Of a stretch of 64,000 nucleotides of DNA, positions 37,222 to 47,611 are shown in pieces. Made by a program: the position numbers and the translations under genes. Source of the stretch: Thermoanaerobaculia bacterium (GTDB lineage: Bacteria > Acidobacteriota > Thermoanaerobaculia > Multivoradales > Multivoraceae). How positions within the stretch are numbered: the stretch's first letter is position 1; each line of letters starts with the position of its first letter. The notes below the pieces were generated by a model. It ran no database searches and was not told the DNA's origin. It saw only the letters and a list, made by a program, of their open reading frames with translations. The DNA is taken from the NCBI GenBank assembly GCA_963664405.1, contig OY761158.1, positions 320,001-384,000 of the forward strand, written 5' to 3'.

Positions 37222-38115
37222 ATGGCGCGCGTCCTGATCGCCGGCTGCGGCTACGTCGGGACTGAGCTAGGTCTACGCCTCGTCGACCGCGGCCACGCTG
37301 TGTGGGCAGTGCGGCAACGTGCGTCCCTGCTACCGCCGGAGCTCCACCCTCATTCCGCCGATCTGACGGATCCCGACGCCGTCGCCAAGCTCCCCTTCCC
37401 TTTCGACTTCGTCGTTTTCGCCGCCGCCCCCGCGGCCGGCACCGAGGAGGCCTACGAACAGGCGTACATTCACGCCCTGAGCAGGGTCCTCGAGGCCGCG
37501 AGCAACGGGCGGCCCCCAAAGCGGGTGCTTCTCACTTCCAGCACCAGCGTTTATGCACAAAGCGACGGCGGGTGGGTCGACGAGAGCTCACCGACCCACC
37601 CTTCGAGCTTCAGGGGCACCATCGTATTGCAGGCCGAAGAGATCCTCCGCCAGTCGGGAAGCTCTTTTTCCATTCTGCGGCTCGGTGGCATTTACGGACC
37701 GGAGCGCACCAGCCTACTCGACCGCGTCTTGGCAGGGGAGGCTGTTTTGACGCCTGGCTCGTCGAAGTACACGAATCGGATCCATCGCGACGATGCAGCA
37801 TCAGCCCTCCTCCACCTCCTGGAGCTGGACCCATGCGCAGAGGTCTACGTTGGCGTGGACGAAGAGCCGGCAAGGCTCGACGAAGTTCTGCAGTGGGTCG
37901 CCGCGCGTACCGGATCGCACCTCCTGGAAGGCAACTACCCCGGTCCCGAGTCGCCGCCGAACCACGCTTCCCGCGGTCTCAACAAACGCTGCTCCAGCGC
38001 ACTACTTCGCGCCAGCGGTTTTCAATTCCTGTATCCCAGCTATCGACAGGGATACTCAGACCTCCTAGCTCGGGAGCTGCCCGAGCTCGGAGACTTGACC
38101 CTGGAATCGCCATGA
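37222..38115 (+). CDS. NAD-dependent epimerase/dehydratase (atypical SDR, YeeZ-like)
   Basis: 'LIAGCGYVG', 'SSTSVY', 'RLGGIYGP', 'TNRIHRDD'. Confidence 0.88.
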   Translation: MARVLIAGCGYVGTELGLRLVDRGHAVWAVRQRASLLPPELHPHSADLTDPDAVAKLPFPFDFVVFAAAPAAGTEEAYEQAYIHALSRVLEAASNGRPPKRVLLTSSTSVYAQSDGGWVDESSPTHPSSFRGTIVLQAEEILRQSGSSFSILRLGGIYGPERTSLLDRVLAGEAVLTPGSSKYTNRIHRDDAASALLHLLELDPCAEVYVGVDEEPARLDEVLQWVAARTGSHLLEGNYPGPESPPNHASRGLNKRCSSALLRASGFQFLYPSYRQGYSDLLARELPELGDLTLESP

Positions 38116-38921
38116 CCGACCCCATCCTCGATTTGGACGCATATCTGGGCCGGATCAGGCTCAGCGCTACACTGGGAGTGAACGAGGATCGTCTGGAGGC
38201 GCTCCACCGCGCGCAGGTCTACACCATCCCTTTCGAGAATTTCGACATCCTGCTTGGCCGAGGCATCGCACTCGAGCCTGAGGCCCTGGTAGACAAGCTG
38301 GTCCATCACCGGCGCGGCGGCTACTGTTTCGAGCTCAACGCCCTCTTGCGACTTGCTCTCGAAGCGAGCGGCTTCGAAGTACGCCGCCTGCTCGCTCGCG
38401 TCCATATGGGACGAGGGCCCAGCGCCCGGACCCACCAACTCGGCCTGGTAACTCTAGGCTCGCGCGAGTGGATCGTCGACGTAGGCTTCGGCAGAGGGAG
38501 CCTGCGCGCGCCCATGCCCTTCGAGCTTGGCAGGGAGTCGTTGCAAGACGGCGTGCCCTACCGGATCATTGACGCGGCGAAGTGGGGCTTCATGCTGCAA
38601 AGTCAGGAGGAAGGAGAGTGGCAGGATCTGTACAGCTTCGAGCTCGCAACAGTCACCGACGCCGACATCGCATGCGGCAACCACTACACCTCCACCCATC
38701 CCGAGTCCTTCTTTACCCAGCTCAAGACGGCATCCCTGGCCAAGCCTGACGGCCGGGTCTCCCTCCTCGACTTCAGCCTACAAACGGTGTCGGCAGGCCA
38801 CTCAGAGACCCAGCAACTGGCTCCCGACGAGAGCTTTCTCGCGGCGCTCGAGACTCACTTCGGCATCGAGCTTGGAGTGTCATACGATGCAATCCAGCCG
38901 CTGCACCAGCGAGAAAGTTGA
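38112..38921 (+). CDS. Arylamine N-acetyltransferase family protein
   Basis: 'IPFENFD', 'RRGGYCFELN' (Cys), 'RTH' (His), 'VDVGFG' (Asp); ATGA overlap at 38112. Confidence 0.92.
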   Translation: MTDPILDLDAYLGRIRLSATLGVNEDRLEALHRAQVYTIPFENFDILLGRGIALEPEALVDKLVHHRRGGYCFELNALLRLALEASGFEVRRLLARVHMGRGPSARTHQLGLVTLGSREWIVDVGFGRGSLRAPMPFELGRESLQDGVPYRIIDAAKWGFMLQSQEEGEWQDLYSFELATVTDADIACGNHYTSTHPESFFTQLKTASLAKPDGRVSLLDFSLQTVSAGHSETQQLAPDESFLAALETHFGIELGVSYDAIQPLHQRES

Positions 38922-38931
38922 GGGAACCAGC

Positions 38932-39302
38932 TTGGAGTTCTACTTTCGAGGCGTGAATCGCGAGGTGCTCGTTCTGTCGGCCGACGGCGGCCTGGGCTCG
39001 GATACTGCCGCTCACTTCGTCGACGAGCTCAAGGAGCTGATTCGAGGCGGCGCCACCAAGCTACTGGAGGAGGAAGCGCCATCGACTGCACCCAACTCAC
39101 CCACATTTCGAGTCTCGGCCTCGGCATTCTGGTCCGGCTCCACCACACCATGGCAAAACAAGGTGGCGACGTGAAGCTGGCCGCAGTGCGAAGCCTGGTC
39201 GTCGACCTCCTCGGCCACCTCAATCTCGACCGCCTCTTCGAGATCTATCCCGACGTCGACTCGGCCATGGAGGCCTTCGACTCCGAACGGGAGAGCACCT
39301 AG
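38932..39302 (+). pseudogene. Frameshifted STAS-domain anti-sigma factor antagonist
   Basis: Frame 1 'VLVLSADGGL...ELIRGGATKLL' continues in another frame as 'IDCTQLTHISSLGLGILV...GGDVKLA...LNLDRLFEIY'; ~11-14 extra nt at ~39067-39080. Confidence 0.75.
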
Positions 39303-39463
39303 ACCAGCGTTTCCAAAGTTCGCGCACACATCTCGGCCCCTTCTGCCCGCTGGCGGCGTTGCGCCTCCTCGACATATTGCCCAATATGCCTGCGTCGCCG
39401 CGCCTGGCCAGCGAACAGAATGACCTCGAGCTGTGTGCACGAACTTTGGAAACGCTGGTCTAG
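39299..39463. repeat. CTAG-bounded palindromic MITE-like element, copy 1 (TIR type A)
   Basis: 32-bp TIR CTAGACCAGCGTTTCCAAAGTTCG(C/T)GCACACA; core CTCGACATATTGCCCAATATGCCTGC. Confidence 0.9.
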
Positions 39464-39523
39464 TTCGGCTCTGCTGCTAACCTAGGCTTTGGCTGTAACC
39501 ATCTCGACTGGAGGTATTGCCGA

Positions 39524-40048
39524 ATGAAGAAGGTTCTAAGCATCGCAATCGCCTTGTCTCTGTGGGCAGCTATCGGAATCGCAGCCGACGAGAAGGCTCT
39601 CATCGCCGACGCTCTCAGCGCCGCGCCGCCAGCGATCACCGACGGCGCAACGGTCAAAGACGGCGATGGCAACGTGCTCAAGAAGGGCTCGAACGGATGG
39701 ACCTGCTACCCAGGAAACAAGGCCATCGGACCGATGTGTAACCAGGCTCAGTGGGACGCCGTGCTCGCCGCTCTCGGCGAGAAGAAGGATCCCCAGGTCA
39801 AGGAGCTCAGCATCTCCTACATGCTCGCGGGCGAGGGCGAGGCGATCGGGGTGAGCAACTCCGACCCCTATGCGTCAGATCCCCACGCCCACGGCGACTT
39901 CGTCAAGGAAGGCCCTCACCTGATGATCGTGGTGCCTGACAAAGCAGCACTGAAGGGCCTGTCGACTGACCCCAACGACCCAGTCTACGTCATGTGGGGC
40001 GACACGCCCTATGCCCACATCATGGTGAAAATCGCTCCAGCCGAGTAG
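39524..40048 (+). CDS. Conserved secreted hypothetical protein
   Basis: Signal peptide, GGAGG RBS; motifs 'ALSAAP', 'GWTC.P', 'PMC', 'GPHLMI', 'VMWGDTPYAHIM'. Confidence 0.75.
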   Translation: MKKVLSIAIALSLWAAIGIAADEKALIADALSAAPPAITDGATVKDGDGNVLKKGSNGWTCYPGNKAIGPMCNQAQWDAVLAALGEKKDPQVKELSISYMLAGEGEAIGVSNSDPYASDPHAHGDFVKEGPHLMIVVPDKAALKGLSTDPNDPVYVMWGDTPYAHIMVKIAPAE

Positions 40049-40125
40049 ACCCTGGACCGAGCCGAAGATACACGAAGCTTCGATCGACCCATCCGGGCGC
40101 GGGCGCCCGGGTGGGCTCGCTCGCG

Positions 40126-41028
40126 TTACTGCGAGGCGCGCTCTTTGATGCGCCGTCCGAGCTCCCTGAGCTCGGCCGTGTCCTCCTCGGATGCCGACCG
40201 CCAGTGCACCTCGCGGCCGGCAAGGAGGCGGTCGAGGCGCCGCCACAGCTCGGTATTCTTGATCTCGCCCCCGTCCTTGGTGCGCCATCCTCTCGTCTTC
40301 CAGGCCGACATCCAAACCGAGGCGCCCTTGCGCAAGTAGTCCGAGCCGCCACGCACCAGAAGGGAGGAGTCCCTCGGCACGGCGGTGAGAATCTGCGCAG
40401 CCGCGACCAGCTCGAGCTGGTTCGCGGTCACTCCACTCATCCCTCCGCCCAAGACTTCCTCGGCCTTCTTCTCACGCAATCTCGCGGCCCACCCGCCCCA
40501 GCCTTTACGACAGGTGACCTTGAGAAGGACCTCAACGTCGACGTCGGTCTCGAGCTCGTCGACCTCGACGAAAGTCGCGGCTTCGCCCCTGATCTTTGCG
40601 ATCTCGGCGGTGGCCAGAGTGTCCGCTCGCTCGTTGTGCTCATGTCCGGAGTGCCCCTTGACCCAGCGCCAGTCGATCTCGTGTCGAAAGCTCGCCGCTG
40701 CGAGGCGCCGCCAGAGGTCGGCGTTCTTGACCGGCTCGCCATCACGCCGCCTCCAACCTGCGGCCTGCCACCCGGGCAGCCACTCGCTGATTCCACGACG
40801 CACGTAAGTGGAATCCGTGAAGATCTCCACATCGCAGCTGTCGTTCAGCGCCTCCAACGCCTCGATTGCGGCCATGAGCTCCATGCGGTTATTCGTCGTT
40901 TTGAGCGCGCCGCCGGAGATCTCTCGACTCTCGCCGGCGACGCTGTGAAGTAGAACCGCCGCCCAGCCGCCCGCCCCCGGATTGGGGACCGCGCCTCCAT
41001 CGGTGTAGATCACCACTCTTGCAGCCAT
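40126..41028 (-). CDS. rnhA: Ribonuclease HI with a second, degenerate RNase H domain
   Basis: 'IYTDG', 'TTNNRMEL', 'TDSTY', 'VKNADLW', 'WVKGHSG..NERAD', followed by a repeat 'GGWAA..TANQLEL..SDYL..IKNTELW'. Confidence 0.88.
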   Translation of the reverse strand: MAARVVIYTDGGAVPNPGAGGWAAVLLHSVAGESREISGGALKTTNNRMELMAAIEALEALNDSCDVEIFTDSTYVRRGISEWLPGWQAAGWRRRDGEPVKNADLWRRLAAASFRHEIDWRWVKGHSGHEHNERADTLATAEIAKIRGEAATFVEVDELETDVDVEVLLKVTCRKGWGGWAARLREKKAEEVLGGGMSGVTANQLELVAAAQILTAVPRDSSLLVRGGSDYLRKGASVWMSAWKTRGWRTKDGGEIKNTELWRRLDRLLAGREVHWRSASEEDTAELRELGRRIKERASQ

Positions 41029-41144
41029 CGGGGCGAGAGTAGCCGAAACGGGCCTTCCGACCAAGACCTGTTTGGCCCTCGGCTCGATCCGACGTAACAT
41101 CACTCGGCGACGCCGCCTCCGGCCCAGTGGGAGAATGGAAACCG

Positions 41145-42815
41145 ATGTCCCGAACAAGACTCGCTTGGCGAATACCCCTGCTCCTTCTGGCCGCCCTCGG
41201 CTGTCAGAAGAGCCCTGAACCGCCGCCCTCGCTGCCTGTGGTGCAGAGCGGACCTCGTCTCCTTCTTCTTGTCGCTGTCGATCAGCTCGCCTTCGAATAC
41301 CTCGGTCGCTTCGACCCCTTCTTCGAGGGAGGGTTGCGACAGCTCATGGATCAGGGTGTCCTTTTCGAGAACGCGAACTACGACCATGCGCTCACAGCCA
41401 CGGCAGCGGGGCACACGGCGATGGCCAGTGGCCTCCATCCCGCGAGCTCCGGCATCATCGGCAACGAGTGGTACGACCGTGGCCTGAGGTCGAGCCTCTA
41501 CAGCTTCGAAGGTCGCGAGCATCTGCGCTCGCCCCAGAATCTGAATGGCACCGGGCTGGCGGACTGGCTCAAAGAGCTCGACCCTCGCTCGAAAGCCTTC
41601 ACCGCGAGTGCCAAGGACCGTTCTGCGATCGCCATGGGCGGCCACGCCGCCGATGCCGCCTACTGGTTCGACAAAGAGACCGGGGCCTTCATCACCGGGA
41701 GCTACTACACTGACAGGCCCCCAGAGTGGGTCGAAGACTTCAACCGCAGCCGTCTCACCGACCGCATCTTCGGCGACCCCTGGGAACCGCTCCCGCTCAC
41801 CGACGAGGAGCTCGACCAGCTCGGAATCGTCGAGATCGATGAGGGGCTCTTTCCTCGACGCTTCCCTCACTCCATCGGCAACCAGAGCGTTGCCCCCGGT
41901 GGCTCGTTTTACCAAGGCATCTACGCCTCGCCTTTCGTCGACACTCATCTGCTCGAATTCGCCGAAGCCCTGGTCGACGCAGAGCAGCTGGGCCAGAGAG
42001 AGCATCTCGACTTCCTCGCCCTCGGCTTGTCGGCCCTGGACTCTGTCGGGCACAGCTTCGGGCCCCATAGTCGCGAAGCCGCGGATGTAGTCTTGCGACT
42101 CGATCGTAATCTCGGTCGCTTCCTCGAATTTCTCGACGCCCGGATCGGCCTCGAGCGAGTGGTCATCGCTCTCACTGCCGATCACGGCGTGCTGCCCGTG
42201 CCCGAGTACACGAGCTCGCTGGGGCTTCCCGGAGCTCGGATGGGTGCCGAAGATCGCGTCTGCTTCCAACGTGCGGGGCGCGCTATCGCCCAACGCTTCT
42301 TCCTGGAGGACTGGGTGATGTCCGGCTTCTACCTCGATCGAGAGATGATCGAGGGTGCGGGCGCTGACCCCGAGGAGGTCGAGGCCGCACTGGCCAGGGA
42401 GCTCGAGGGCTGCGCCATCGTCGAGCGGGTGTGGACCCGTGCCGAGCTCATGAATACGCGGATGGACGAGCCCGACCGGATGCGTCGTCTCTATCGCCAC
42501 AGCTTCCACGAGGAGCGGAGCCCGGACCTTCTGGTGCAGAAGATTCCCCACGCCATCTCCAGCGGGAGCGTCTTGGCCACCCACGGCTCACCCTACGAAT
42601 ACGACACCCACGTGCCCCTGTTCTTCCTCGTGCCTGGTGTTCCCGGGGGTCGCGTTGCGGAACCCGTCCGTATCGTAGACCTGGCTCCGACCCTGGCAGC
42701 CTTGGTGGGTATTCCCACTCCCGAGCGTCTCGACGGGCGAGAATTGACCAGCCTTCTCGAGGGTACGGCGCAGCAAGCTCCCTTTCTCCCCGCCTACAAA
42801 GAACAACGACGCTGA
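41145..42815 (+). CDS. Alkaline phosphatase superfamily lipoprotein (PafA-like)
   Basis: Lipobox 'AALGC'; 'VAVDQ', 'TATAAGH', 'KDRSAI', 'DSVGHSFGP', 'TADHG', 'THGSPY.YD'. Confidence 0.88.
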   Translation: MSRTRLAWRIPLLLLAALGCQKSPEPPPSLPVVQSGPRLLLLVAVDQLAFEYLGRFDPFFEGGLRQLMDQGVLFENANYDHALTATAAGHTAMASGLHPASSGIIGNEWYDRGLRSSLYSFEGREHLRSPQNLNGTGLADWLKELDPRSKAFTASAKDRSAIAMGGHAADAAYWFDKETGAFITGSYYTDRPPEWVEDFNRSRLTDRIFGDPWEPLPLTDEELDQLGIVEIDEGLFPRRFPHSIGNQSVAPGGSFYQGIYASPFVDTHLLEFAEALVDAEQLGQREHLDFLALGLSALDSVGHSFGPHSREAADVVLRLDRNLGRFLEFLDARIGLERVVIALTADHGVLPVPEYTSSLGLPGARMGAEDRVCFQRAGRAIAQRFFLEDWVMSGFYLDREMIEGAGADPEEVEAALARELEGCAIVERVWTRAELMNTRMDEPDRMRRLYRHSFHEERSPDLLVQKIPHAISSGSVLATHGSPYEYDTHVPLFFLVPGVPGGRVAEPVRIVDLAPTLAALVGIPTPERLDGRELTSLLEGTAQQAPFLPAYKEQRR

Positions 42816-42905
42816 TGAGGAGCTCGACGTCACCTAGAGTTCTTCGAGACTCCTGATCTCTCCAGGCGAGGTTTCCTCTAAGCCTCACACAGTGTCCAAT
42901 CCGGT

Positions 42906-43865
42906 ATGGGGAAACTCACCGGATGGCTACCGCGAGACCCTCGGACATGCCAGACCGCGGCACTGTCGCTCTTCCTCCTCTACGGCGTTACTCGGCTGCG
43001 TCTGCCCCTGAGCGCCGGCGACGTCACGCTTACGATTACAAGCGCGCTCGCCACTCAGTTCTTCTTCTCGCGCGCCTACCGCCTAGCTCACTTCGACCCA
43101 CGCAGTGCTCTGATCACGGCACTCTCGCTCTGCCTCCTTCTCCGTAGTGCGACTCCCGTCGGCATGATGCTCGGCGCCGCAATCGCGGTCGCCAGCAAAT
43201 TCGTCGTGCGTGTCGGCGGCCGGCACCTTTTCAACCCCTCCAATCTGGCGCTCGTCCTCATGATCGCCGTGGGCTGGGGCTGGGTGACTCCGGGCCAGTG
43301 GGGCAACATCGGCATCACCGCCGTCGTTCTCGCCGGCGCCGGAGCCTGGGTGGTGACGCGCGCGGCGCGGCTCGACCTCAGCCTCGCCTTCCTCGGGTTC
43401 TGGGCCCTGATCCTTATCGGCCGCGGCTGGATCCTCGGCGATCCCCTCGAGATCGCCCTTCACAGCCTCAAGAGCGGCTCTCTTGTTCTCTTCGCCTTCT
43501 TCATGCTCTCGGACCCCAAGACCACGCCCCGAGGACGCCTCCCCCGCGTCGCCTTCGCTCTCGCGATAGCCCTTGGTGGATACCTAGTGACCTTCTGGCT
43601 TTTCGAGCCCCACGGGTTCCTCTGGTCGCTCGTCTTCTGCACACCCCTCGCACCTCTATTCGACCGGATTCCGGGCCTTGGGCCCGACCCGCTTCCGGGC
43701 CTTCGGCCCACAAAGGAGAATCGAAATGAAGAAACTCTTTCTTGCGCTCATCCTCACCGCCACCTGGCCTGGCAGCGTCTCGGCCTTCTGCGGCTTCTTC
43801 GTCGCCAAGGCGGACACTCGCCTCTTCAACAGCAGCTCTCGCGTGGTCCTCGCACGGCACAATGA
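42906..43865 (+). CDS. Stand-alone RnfD/NqrB-like membrane protein
   Basis: Multi-TM; 'SKF..R..GRHLFNPSN' and 'FAFFMLSDPKTTP'. The C-terminal tail overlaps the next gene by 140 nt. Confidence 0.72.
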   Translation: MGKLTGWLPRDPRTCQTAALSLFLLYGVTRLRLPLSAGDVTLTITSALATQFFFSRAYRLAHFDPRSALITALSLCLLLRSATPVGMMLGAAIAVASKFVVRVGGRHLFNPSNLALVLMIAVGWGWVTPGQWGNIGITAVVLAGAGAWVVTRAARLDLSLAFLGFWALILIGRGWILGDPLEIALHSLKSGSLVLFAFFMLSDPKTTPRGRLPRVAFALAIALGGYLVTFWLFEPHGFLWSLVFCTPLAPLFDRIPGLGPDPLPGLRPTKENRNEETLSCAHPHRHLAWQRLGLLRLLRRQGGHSPLQQQLSRGPRTAQ

Positions 43866-45039
43866 CCGCACCGTAGTCACCATGGAGAATGATTATCGCG
43901 GCGATCCTCGCGAATTCGCGATGGTGGTTCCGGTGCCGACCGTGCTCAGCCGCGGCCAGATTCACGTCGGCGAGACCAAGGTACTGGACCACCTCGACGC
44001 CTACACTGCCCCTCGACTGGTCGAATATCACGACCCCGACCCCTGTGAGGTGGAGCGGCGCATGCGTCGATCTCTCGACGCTGTCAGCGAGAGTGTGGTT
44101 TTGCCGGCAAGCGCTCAGCCGGGCCGGGCCTCGGGAGTCACGGTCGAGGCTCGCTATTCAGTGGGAGAGTACGATGTCGTCATTCTGTCGGCCACCGAGA
44201 GTAACGGACTCGAGGGCTGGCTACGAGCCAACGGGTACCGCCTTCCACCGGCGGCCGGCCGCATCCTCGGAAGCTACATTCGCCAAGGCCTCCACTTCTT
44301 CGTGGCCAAGGTAAATCTCGAGCGTCATCAAGGTCTCGGCCGGAGCACTCTCCGACCGCTCCAGATCGCTTACGAGAGCTCTCGCTTCATGCTCCCCATT
44401 CGCCTCGGCACCTTGAACGCAGACGGCCCGCAGGAGCTCTTTGTGTTCACTCTCACTCGCGCCGGACGTGTCGAGCCGGTCAACTACAGAACTGCCAGGC
44501 TGCCCACCGGCATGAACATCCCGGTCTTCATCAAAAACGACTTCGCGAGCTTCTATCGCGATATGTTCGACCGTCAGGTCAAGACCGAAGGAATGCGACC
44601 GGTCTTCCTCGAGTACGCCTGGGACATGGCGTGGTGCGATCCCTGCGCCGCCGACCCGCTCAGCGCCAAAGAGCTACGACAGCTCGGCGTCTTCTGGGCC
44701 GAAACGCCATCCCAGAGCGGAGCGCAGAACGTATTCGTCACCCGTATGCACCTCCGTTACGACGCGACCACCTTTCCTCAAGACCTGATCCTCCACGAGA
44801 CCGCCGATCGAACCAACTTCCAGGGCCGCTACGCCCTGCAGCACCCCTGGCAGGGTGAGAGCCGCTGTGCCGCCTCGGAGACCTATTTGGCACAACTCCC
44901 CGCTCGTTGGGATCGAGAGGCTCTCACCCTTGCCGAGCTCACCGGATGGACTCTAGAGGAGATCAACCGACGGATGGATCGTAAGGTACTCACCGTCGAG
45001 CCCAGTCCGACTTGGTGGCAGCGTCTCTGGAAACAGTGA
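43726..45039 (+). CDS. DUF2330-domain secreted protein
   Basis: AAGGAG RBS; signal peptide then 'AFCGFFVA', 'FAMVVPVP', 'APRLVEY.D.DPC', 'EYAW', 'CDPC', 'NFQGRY'. Confidence 0.82.
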   Translation: MKKLFLALILTATWPGSVSAFCGFFVAKADTRLFNSSSRVVLARHNDRTVVTMENDYRGDPREFAMVVPVPTVLSRGQIHVGETKVLDHLDAYTAPRLVEYHDPDPCEVERRMRRSLDAVSESVVLPASAQPGRASGVTVEARYSVGEYDVVILSATESNGLEGWLRANGYRLPPAAGRILGSYIRQGLHFFVAKVNLERHQGLGRSTLRPLQIAYESSRFMLPIRLGTLNADGPQELFVFTLTRAGRVEPVNYRTARLPTGMNIPVFIKNDFASFYRDMFDRQVKTEGMRPVFLEYAWDMAWCDPCAADPLSAKELRQLGVFWAETPSQSGAQNVFVTRMHLRYDATTFPQDLILHETADRTNFQGRYALQHPWQGESRCAASETYLAQLPARWDREALTLAELTGWTLEEINRRMDRKVLTVEPSPTWWQRLWKQ

Positions 45040-45092
45040 CGACGAGCGAGAGGGCGCCGTAGTAGAGGTAGACTCCCGGCGAAGCCAGGCTC

Positions 45093-46508
45093 ATGAGCGA
45101 CCTTCTACGACTCAGCCTTCTCGATCTCGTCACCCACCTGCACCAAAAGCAGGTATCACCGGTCGAGCTCATGTCCATCACTCTCGACCGCATCGACGCC
45201 ACCCACGACACGTTGAACGCGGTGGTTTCCAGGCGAGAGAGGGACGATCTGCTCGAAGATGCTCGCGCGAGCGGGGACCGTATCCAGCGCGGAGAGGCGC
45301 GCCCCCTCGAAGGCATTCCCCTTGGGGTCAAGGACCTAGAAGACGTCGCCGGGATGACCACCAGCTTCGCTTCGGTGCCTTTTCGCAACAACCTGGCAGC
45401 GACCGACTCCACTCAAGTCGGTCGCCTGCGAGCGGCGGGCGCCATCGTCGTCGCCAAGACCAACACCCCGGAGTTCGGCTTCACCGCGATCACCAAAAAC
45501 ATGCTCTTCGGAGACACCCGGTCACCATGGAATCCCACTCGCTCGCCAGGGGGCTCGAGCGGTGGCTCGGCAGCGCTCCTGGCGGGGTGTGTGCTCCCTC
45601 TCGTTACCGGCAGCGACGGCGGCGGATCGATTCGAATACCGGCTAGCTTCGTGGGAGCTTTCGGTCTCAAGCCGAGTTACGGGCGGGTTCCCAAGGGCCC
45701 CTCCACCCGTTGGGACTGGGCCGCCAACGCCGCTTTCGGGCCTCTCACCAAGACAGTCGAAGATGGAGCCTTCTTTCTCGACATCGTCGCGGGTCACTCT
45801 GAGGACGATCCTGCGAGCCTGCCGGATCCTCCGTTCTCTTATCTCCAAGAAGTCCGACGACCCCTGACCGAGAAGCTACGAATAGCCTACTCGCCCGATC
45901 TCGGCTACGCCGCTGTCCAATCAGACATCGCCGGCGCGGTTCGGGACGCGGCACTTGCTCTGGCTGACCTCGGGCACGAGCTGACTACGATCGAAGGGGG
46001 GCCGCCGCAGCTGGGAGGAGAATGGTCCTCCATCATGTATCTAGATCTGGCTGGGGTGCTGGCACCCTTTCTGCCGGAGCAGGAAGACACGATCACACGC
46101 TTTCTCATGAATGGCATACGAGAGACGCGAGGAATCGAACCGATGGCGTGGGACGAGATGCGTCGCAAACGCGCTCTACTAAACCAGTGGACGGCGGATC
46201 TCTTCCGCGACTACGACCTCTTGCTCACACCGACCGTCTCTTTCGACCCGCCGCCGAGCCGCGGACCTTTCCCGACCGAGATCGAGGGTAGAGAGCAGCC
46301 GCCCGCCGCCGCCGGGGCCCTGACCATCCCTTTCAATATGTCGTGGAATCCGGCAGCAACAGTCCGAGTGGGGCTGTCGAAGGCGGGTCTTCCGGTCGGC
46401 ATGCAGATCGTGGGCCCAAGGCTTCGAGACGACCTTGTGCTGCGCGCAGCTCGGGCTTTCGAGCAGGTTCGGCCGTGGCACCCGGATTGGCCCTCCGACT
46501 ATGCTTAG
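45093..46508 (+). CDS. Amidase signature (AS) family amidase
   Basis: 'GVKDL', 'KTNTPEFG', 'PGGSSGGSAA', 'GSDGGGSIRIPAS'. Confidence 0.93.
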   Translation: MSDLLRLSLLDLVTHLHQKQVSPVELMSITLDRIDATHDTLNAVVSRRERDDLLEDARASGDRIQRGEARPLEGIPLGVKDLEDVAGMTTSFASVPFRNNLAATDSTQVGRLRAAGAIVVAKTNTPEFGFTAITKNMLFGDTRSPWNPTRSPGGSSGGSAALLAGCVLPLVTGSDGGGSIRIPASFVGAFGLKPSYGRVPKGPSTRWDWAANAAFGPLTKTVEDGAFFLDIVAGHSEDDPASLPDPPFSYLQEVRRPLTEKLRIAYSPDLGYAAVQSDIAGAVRDAALALADLGHELTTIEGGPPQLGGEWSSIMYLDLAGVLAPFLPEQEDTITRFLMNGIRETRGIEPMAWDEMRRKRALLNQWTADLFRDYDLLLTPTVSFDPPPSRGPFPTEIEGREQPPAAAGALTIPFNMSWNPAATVRVGLSKAGLPVGMQIVGPRLRDDLVLRAARAFEQVRPWHPDWPSDYA

Positions 46509-46917
46509 AGCCGGCCTGCCGCGCGGACTCCTAGCCCTCTTCATTTTTCTCGTCTTTGCCGCCTGCAGTTCTCCCAACCGGGGCTGGTGGCAGGGCAGCT
46601 TCGAAGGTGACGTGGCCGGTACGATGGAGCTCTCGATCAACGCCCGCGGAACCAAGGCCAAGGGAGAGGTGACCGGGCGTCTGAGTAGCGGCGAGGGCTT
46701 TCGAGCTGAGTTCGAAGGGACCCTCAATCAGGGATTTCTCCGCGCCGAGCTCACCGGATCGAGCGAGACCAGCGTGGGCCTACGAGCCGGCTTCGAAGGT
46801 CTCATCACAGGCGACCTCGCCGCCGGCAAGGGCGCCGGCCAGTGGAAGGCCGACCTAAAGCCGGCCGGCCGCCAACTCGAGGGGGAGTGGCAGGCCAGTC
46901 AGGATCCTACTCGCTAG
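46501..46917 (+). CDS. Hypothetical lipoprotein (beta-rich)
   Basis: Lipobox 'VFAAC'; Gly-rich beta-strand pattern; overlaps the amidase stop by 8 nt. Confidence 0.65.
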   Translation: MLRAGLPRGLLALFIFLVFAACSSPNRGWWQGSFEGDVAGTMELSINARGTKAKGEVTGRLSSGEGFRAEFEGTLNQGFLRAELTGSSETSVGLRAGFEGLITGDLAAGKGAGQWKADLKPAGRQLEGEWQASQDPTR

Positions 46918-46936
46918 GCGGAGAAGCAGATCGGTC

Positions 46937-47611
46937 TCAGCCGTCGAAGCGATAGCCGACACGGTGTTGAGTGACGATCCATTGTGGCTGCGCCGGGTCT
47001 TCTTCGATCTTCTTGCGTAGCTTCGCCACATGCATATCGACAGTGCGAGTATTGGAGCCGCCGCTGTAGCCCCACACGGCCTCGAGCAGCTGGCGCCGGC
47101 TGAGCACCTCACCGCGGTGCTCGATCAGGTAGGCCAGAAGCTCGAGCTCACGCGCGGAGATCGGCACTCTCACTCCGCTCCGAGTAACCTCATGGCGCCT
47201 GAAATCGACAACGACCGATCCGAAACTATGGCTGCTGTCCTCCGCGCCCCGAGTTCGCCGCAAGACCGCCTCCATCCGCGCCGTGAGCTCGAGAAAGCCG
47301 AAGGGCTTGCTCAGATAATCGTCTGCGCCGGCGCGAAGACCCTGAACCTTGTCCAGCTCCTGGCTGCGTGCCGTGAGCATGATGATCGGCACTTCCTTCC
47401 CCTGGCTGCGCAGCTTCCGGCACACCGACAGGCCACTCATCCGTGGCAGCATGACGTCGAGAAGGATCAGGTCGGGTAGGGTTTCGCCAGCGAGACGCAA
47501 GCCGTCCTCGCCATCGCTGGCAACGGCGACCCTATAACCCTCGTACTCGAGCCCATCCCTGAGCGCGATCGCCATCGCTGTGTCGTCTTCAACCACCAAA
47601 ACGTTCTTCAT
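46937..47611 (-). CDS. OmpR/PhoB-family response regulator
   Basis: 'LVVEDD', 'LLDVMLP', 'MLTA', '[10 protein letters not shown]', winged helix '[15 protein letters not shown]'. Confidence 0.95.
   Translation of the reverse strand: MKNVLVVEDDTAMAIALRDGLEYEGYRVAVASDGEDGLRLAGETLPDLILLDVMLPRMSGLSVCRKLRSQGKEVPIIMLTARSQELDKVQGLRAGADDYLSKPFGFLELTARMEAVLRRTRGAEDSSHSFGSVVVDFRRHEVTRSGVRVPISARELELLAYLIEHRGEVLSRRQLLEAVWGYSGGSNTRTVDMHVAKLRKKIEEDPAQPQWIVTQHRVGYRFDG

Noticed and set aside
37302-38111. N-terminal 270-aa extension on the arylamine N-acetyltransferase ORF
   Set aside because: It overlaps the SDR gene in another frame; the true start is the coupled ATG at 38112.
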